A stretch of DNA of 64,000 nt, taken from the NCBI GenBank assembly GCA_977862235.1, contig OZ374560.1, positions 1,116,001 through 1,180,000 on the forward strand, read 5' to 3'. The translations under genes and the position numbers were made by a program. Within the stretch, counting starts at the first letter, position 1; every line of letters begins with the position of its first letter. A model generated the notes under the pieces. The model did not search any database, was not told the origin of the DNA, and worked only from the letters and a program-made list of their open reading frames with translations. This DNA is from Dudresnaya verticillata (lineage: Eukaryota). Of this stretch, positions 61,801-64,000 are shown one piece after another.

Positions 61801-64000
61801 CGTGGTCGAGCAGCGCTGTTATCCGGCCGTTCAGTAGGGACGTCGGCGAGTGTAGCAGTGGGGGTAGCGGTGCGGTAGCGGTGGGCCAGTGGAATCAGGA
61901 AGGGAAGCTGTACCGGGAAGCGGTAACCGCAATGGTGCCGGTGGGGTTTTGGATAGCAGTTGAAGTCGCGTTTGCTGCCGAGTAGGGTGTTTCGATGACT
62001 GGCACTTCCGCCATGGTGCGCCTTGGTCGCTTTGCAGGTTTGGGTGGCACTGGGTTTGGCGTGTGCAGTACCCTTGTTTTCAGGGCGTTGCGGCGAGGGG
62101 CTTCTCCCTGCACTTTTTGTATTCGTAACTTGTGCATATCTGACGAAGAATGTTTCGTGCTCTTGCTGGAAGGTCGTACAGACGCACCATATGTGTGACG
62201 AAGTTGCGTTACTTGCGCTCGATATTCGTGTGCTTTAAACCTCTATTGAGGAAGTCAATAATGCTGTATGCGACGGTCTTTCGTTCCTCAAAGAAGCAAT
62301 GTCCATCTCTCAGGAGCTACACGTGCATTGCCGTGAGGCATTGGATGCAGTTCAGTTATCTATTGAAAACTTGGACACAGTGACTGGGATGGAAAGGGAT
62401 TACCTATGTGTTGCACTGTGTAGACTGCAGCGACCACCCGTATTTTGTCTGTGGGTATCACAATTCCACGTTTCCGCTTCACCGTGTCCAGAATTTATGA
62501 AGATACAGTTGCGGCTTTCTACTGTTGATTTATTCTGTGGTACGAAGTGACGCCATGTTAATGTTTGTAGCGTCCGCAGTATTCGAACAAATCCGTCTCG
62601 TGAATGTATCCAACAGGTGCTATTCTAAATCCGTTAATGTAAAACTCTTGAGAGACGAAAGGACTCTAAACCACTCAATTGTGATAGTCTTGGTGTTTGT
62701 TAAAAGGCACTTAGAGCTGCCATCCTTTGATTTATTTCTATAAGGCTGCTGGTTCTTGGACCTTCGAAAATGGGTTTTGCCGGGCAATGCTTTGTGAAAC
62801 ATTATCTGCACTGATATAATTTCATGGCCGAGATTCTTTAGGATTCACGGTTCTGAAACGATATGACTCTAAATATTCGTATTACGATTTACGATCTTTG
62901 AACATACTTTCCACAGGCACAATCAATGTCTGGAAACATATGTTTCACAAGCGAACAAGCCATGAAAGGAATAAATGCTTTGCATTATGGTCTAGTTTCT
63001 CCTGCCTCCCAACCTTACATCAAAATCATTTGCAATTATAGTTTCAAATCAGTCGTGTACTCTTTTCATACATTTATAAATTCTGGAAACAGCGCGTGAC
63101 CTCGACAGGCTAACAGCAATCGGCTCACGCTCATGACAAGCGGCCCTGAACGCGGCCATCGCCACTCGCCGATCATATCCAGTGGCTTGGTGCATCCCAG
63201 AATATGTGGAGTCCGTGTGTACGGGTCTGAAGGCCTCTAAACGTACAACAAGTACGTTACGGAACCTCCGCAACACTCTTCGGTTCCAATTTGCCCGTCA
63301 ACCCCAACCCTTCGCTCTCGTTTATTCCTCTTCGTGTTATCTTCTCTGCCTCCCACTAACTTCCAATCCTGGGAAGGCGTGTCATCGCATCAATGGCTTT
63401 ACGATTGTTAATTTTGCATTGCACGTTTGCTAACCACATCCTAAGCCGCGCGGGACTGGCGCGCGTGCGAGAGGTAAAAGCGCCCAAAATGCGTTCTTTT
63501 TTAGCAAAAACGGACTATATAGCCAGCTTTTTCTATAGCTGGTGAAGGTAGTGTAAACTGTAACTGGTTGACCCCAGTGAGGTCTCACCTCGCGGGCCCA
63601 TACCAGAGGGACTTGACTCGGTTGGTATTGAAAAAGGTGCAAGCCGAGCTGCCTATCGATGACAGGCGGACGCACGCGTTTCGAGCTTCCCTTGTACTAC
63701 CGGGCACGAAGGACAGGGTCAAGTACCAGCCTGCACCAGGGATGAATAATTACATAGCAGACTGGGACTACATAGCATAGTGTGCCACACATAGATTCGA
63801 TTCTTCTGTGAGATCCCACTGCTGGAGCCCGAAATGTAATGCACTTGGGCTGGGTGCAACAAGAAGATATACTTTTACGGAGACAGTCAACTGATTTGTC
63901 CGAACGGCATGCGGAATGGCGAATGTCTCCGGTCATGGCGCGAAGACTCGCAGTTGCGTCTGCTGGCTTCGGACCTGAAACGTGCGACGTGCACCCCGAT

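Noticed and set aside
1..64000. tRNA, rRNA or intact host protein genes; env gene
   Set aside because: None recognisable. The extra coding regions in A and C are antisense and show no clear signal peptide/transmembrane env layout.

Overview
Eukaryotic, transposon-saturated DNA with no intact host gene, RNA gene or CRISPR array that I can support. The element families and style resemble those of florideophyte red algae, but that is inference. The window holds five Ty3/Gypsy elements, labelled here A (1584-17879 +), B (~17880-22006 -), C (~27870-36557 -), D (~42970-44759 -) and E (48422-53829 +); A, C and E carry chromodomains. It also holds one Ty1/Copia element (~38661-42965 +), several solo LTRs (two with perfect 5-bp TSDs), a pogo-type DDE_1 element with TIRs and TA TSD, a piggyBac 3' remnant, three PIF/Harbinger loci and a 503-bp MITE. 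All coding regions are decayed by stops and frameshifts. Four things stand out. (1) Chromoviruses A and C each carry a multi-kb antisense coding region between the chromodomain and the 3' LTR, and the two appear remotely homologous, suggesting an uncharacterised accessory protein family. (2) A GT4 glycosyltransferase pseudogene is enclosed by ~273-bp inverted arms made of its own 3' end. (3) Element A has a clear -1 frameshift signal. (4) The left 22 kb is a four-level nested insertion. Boundaries without a TSD are approximate.
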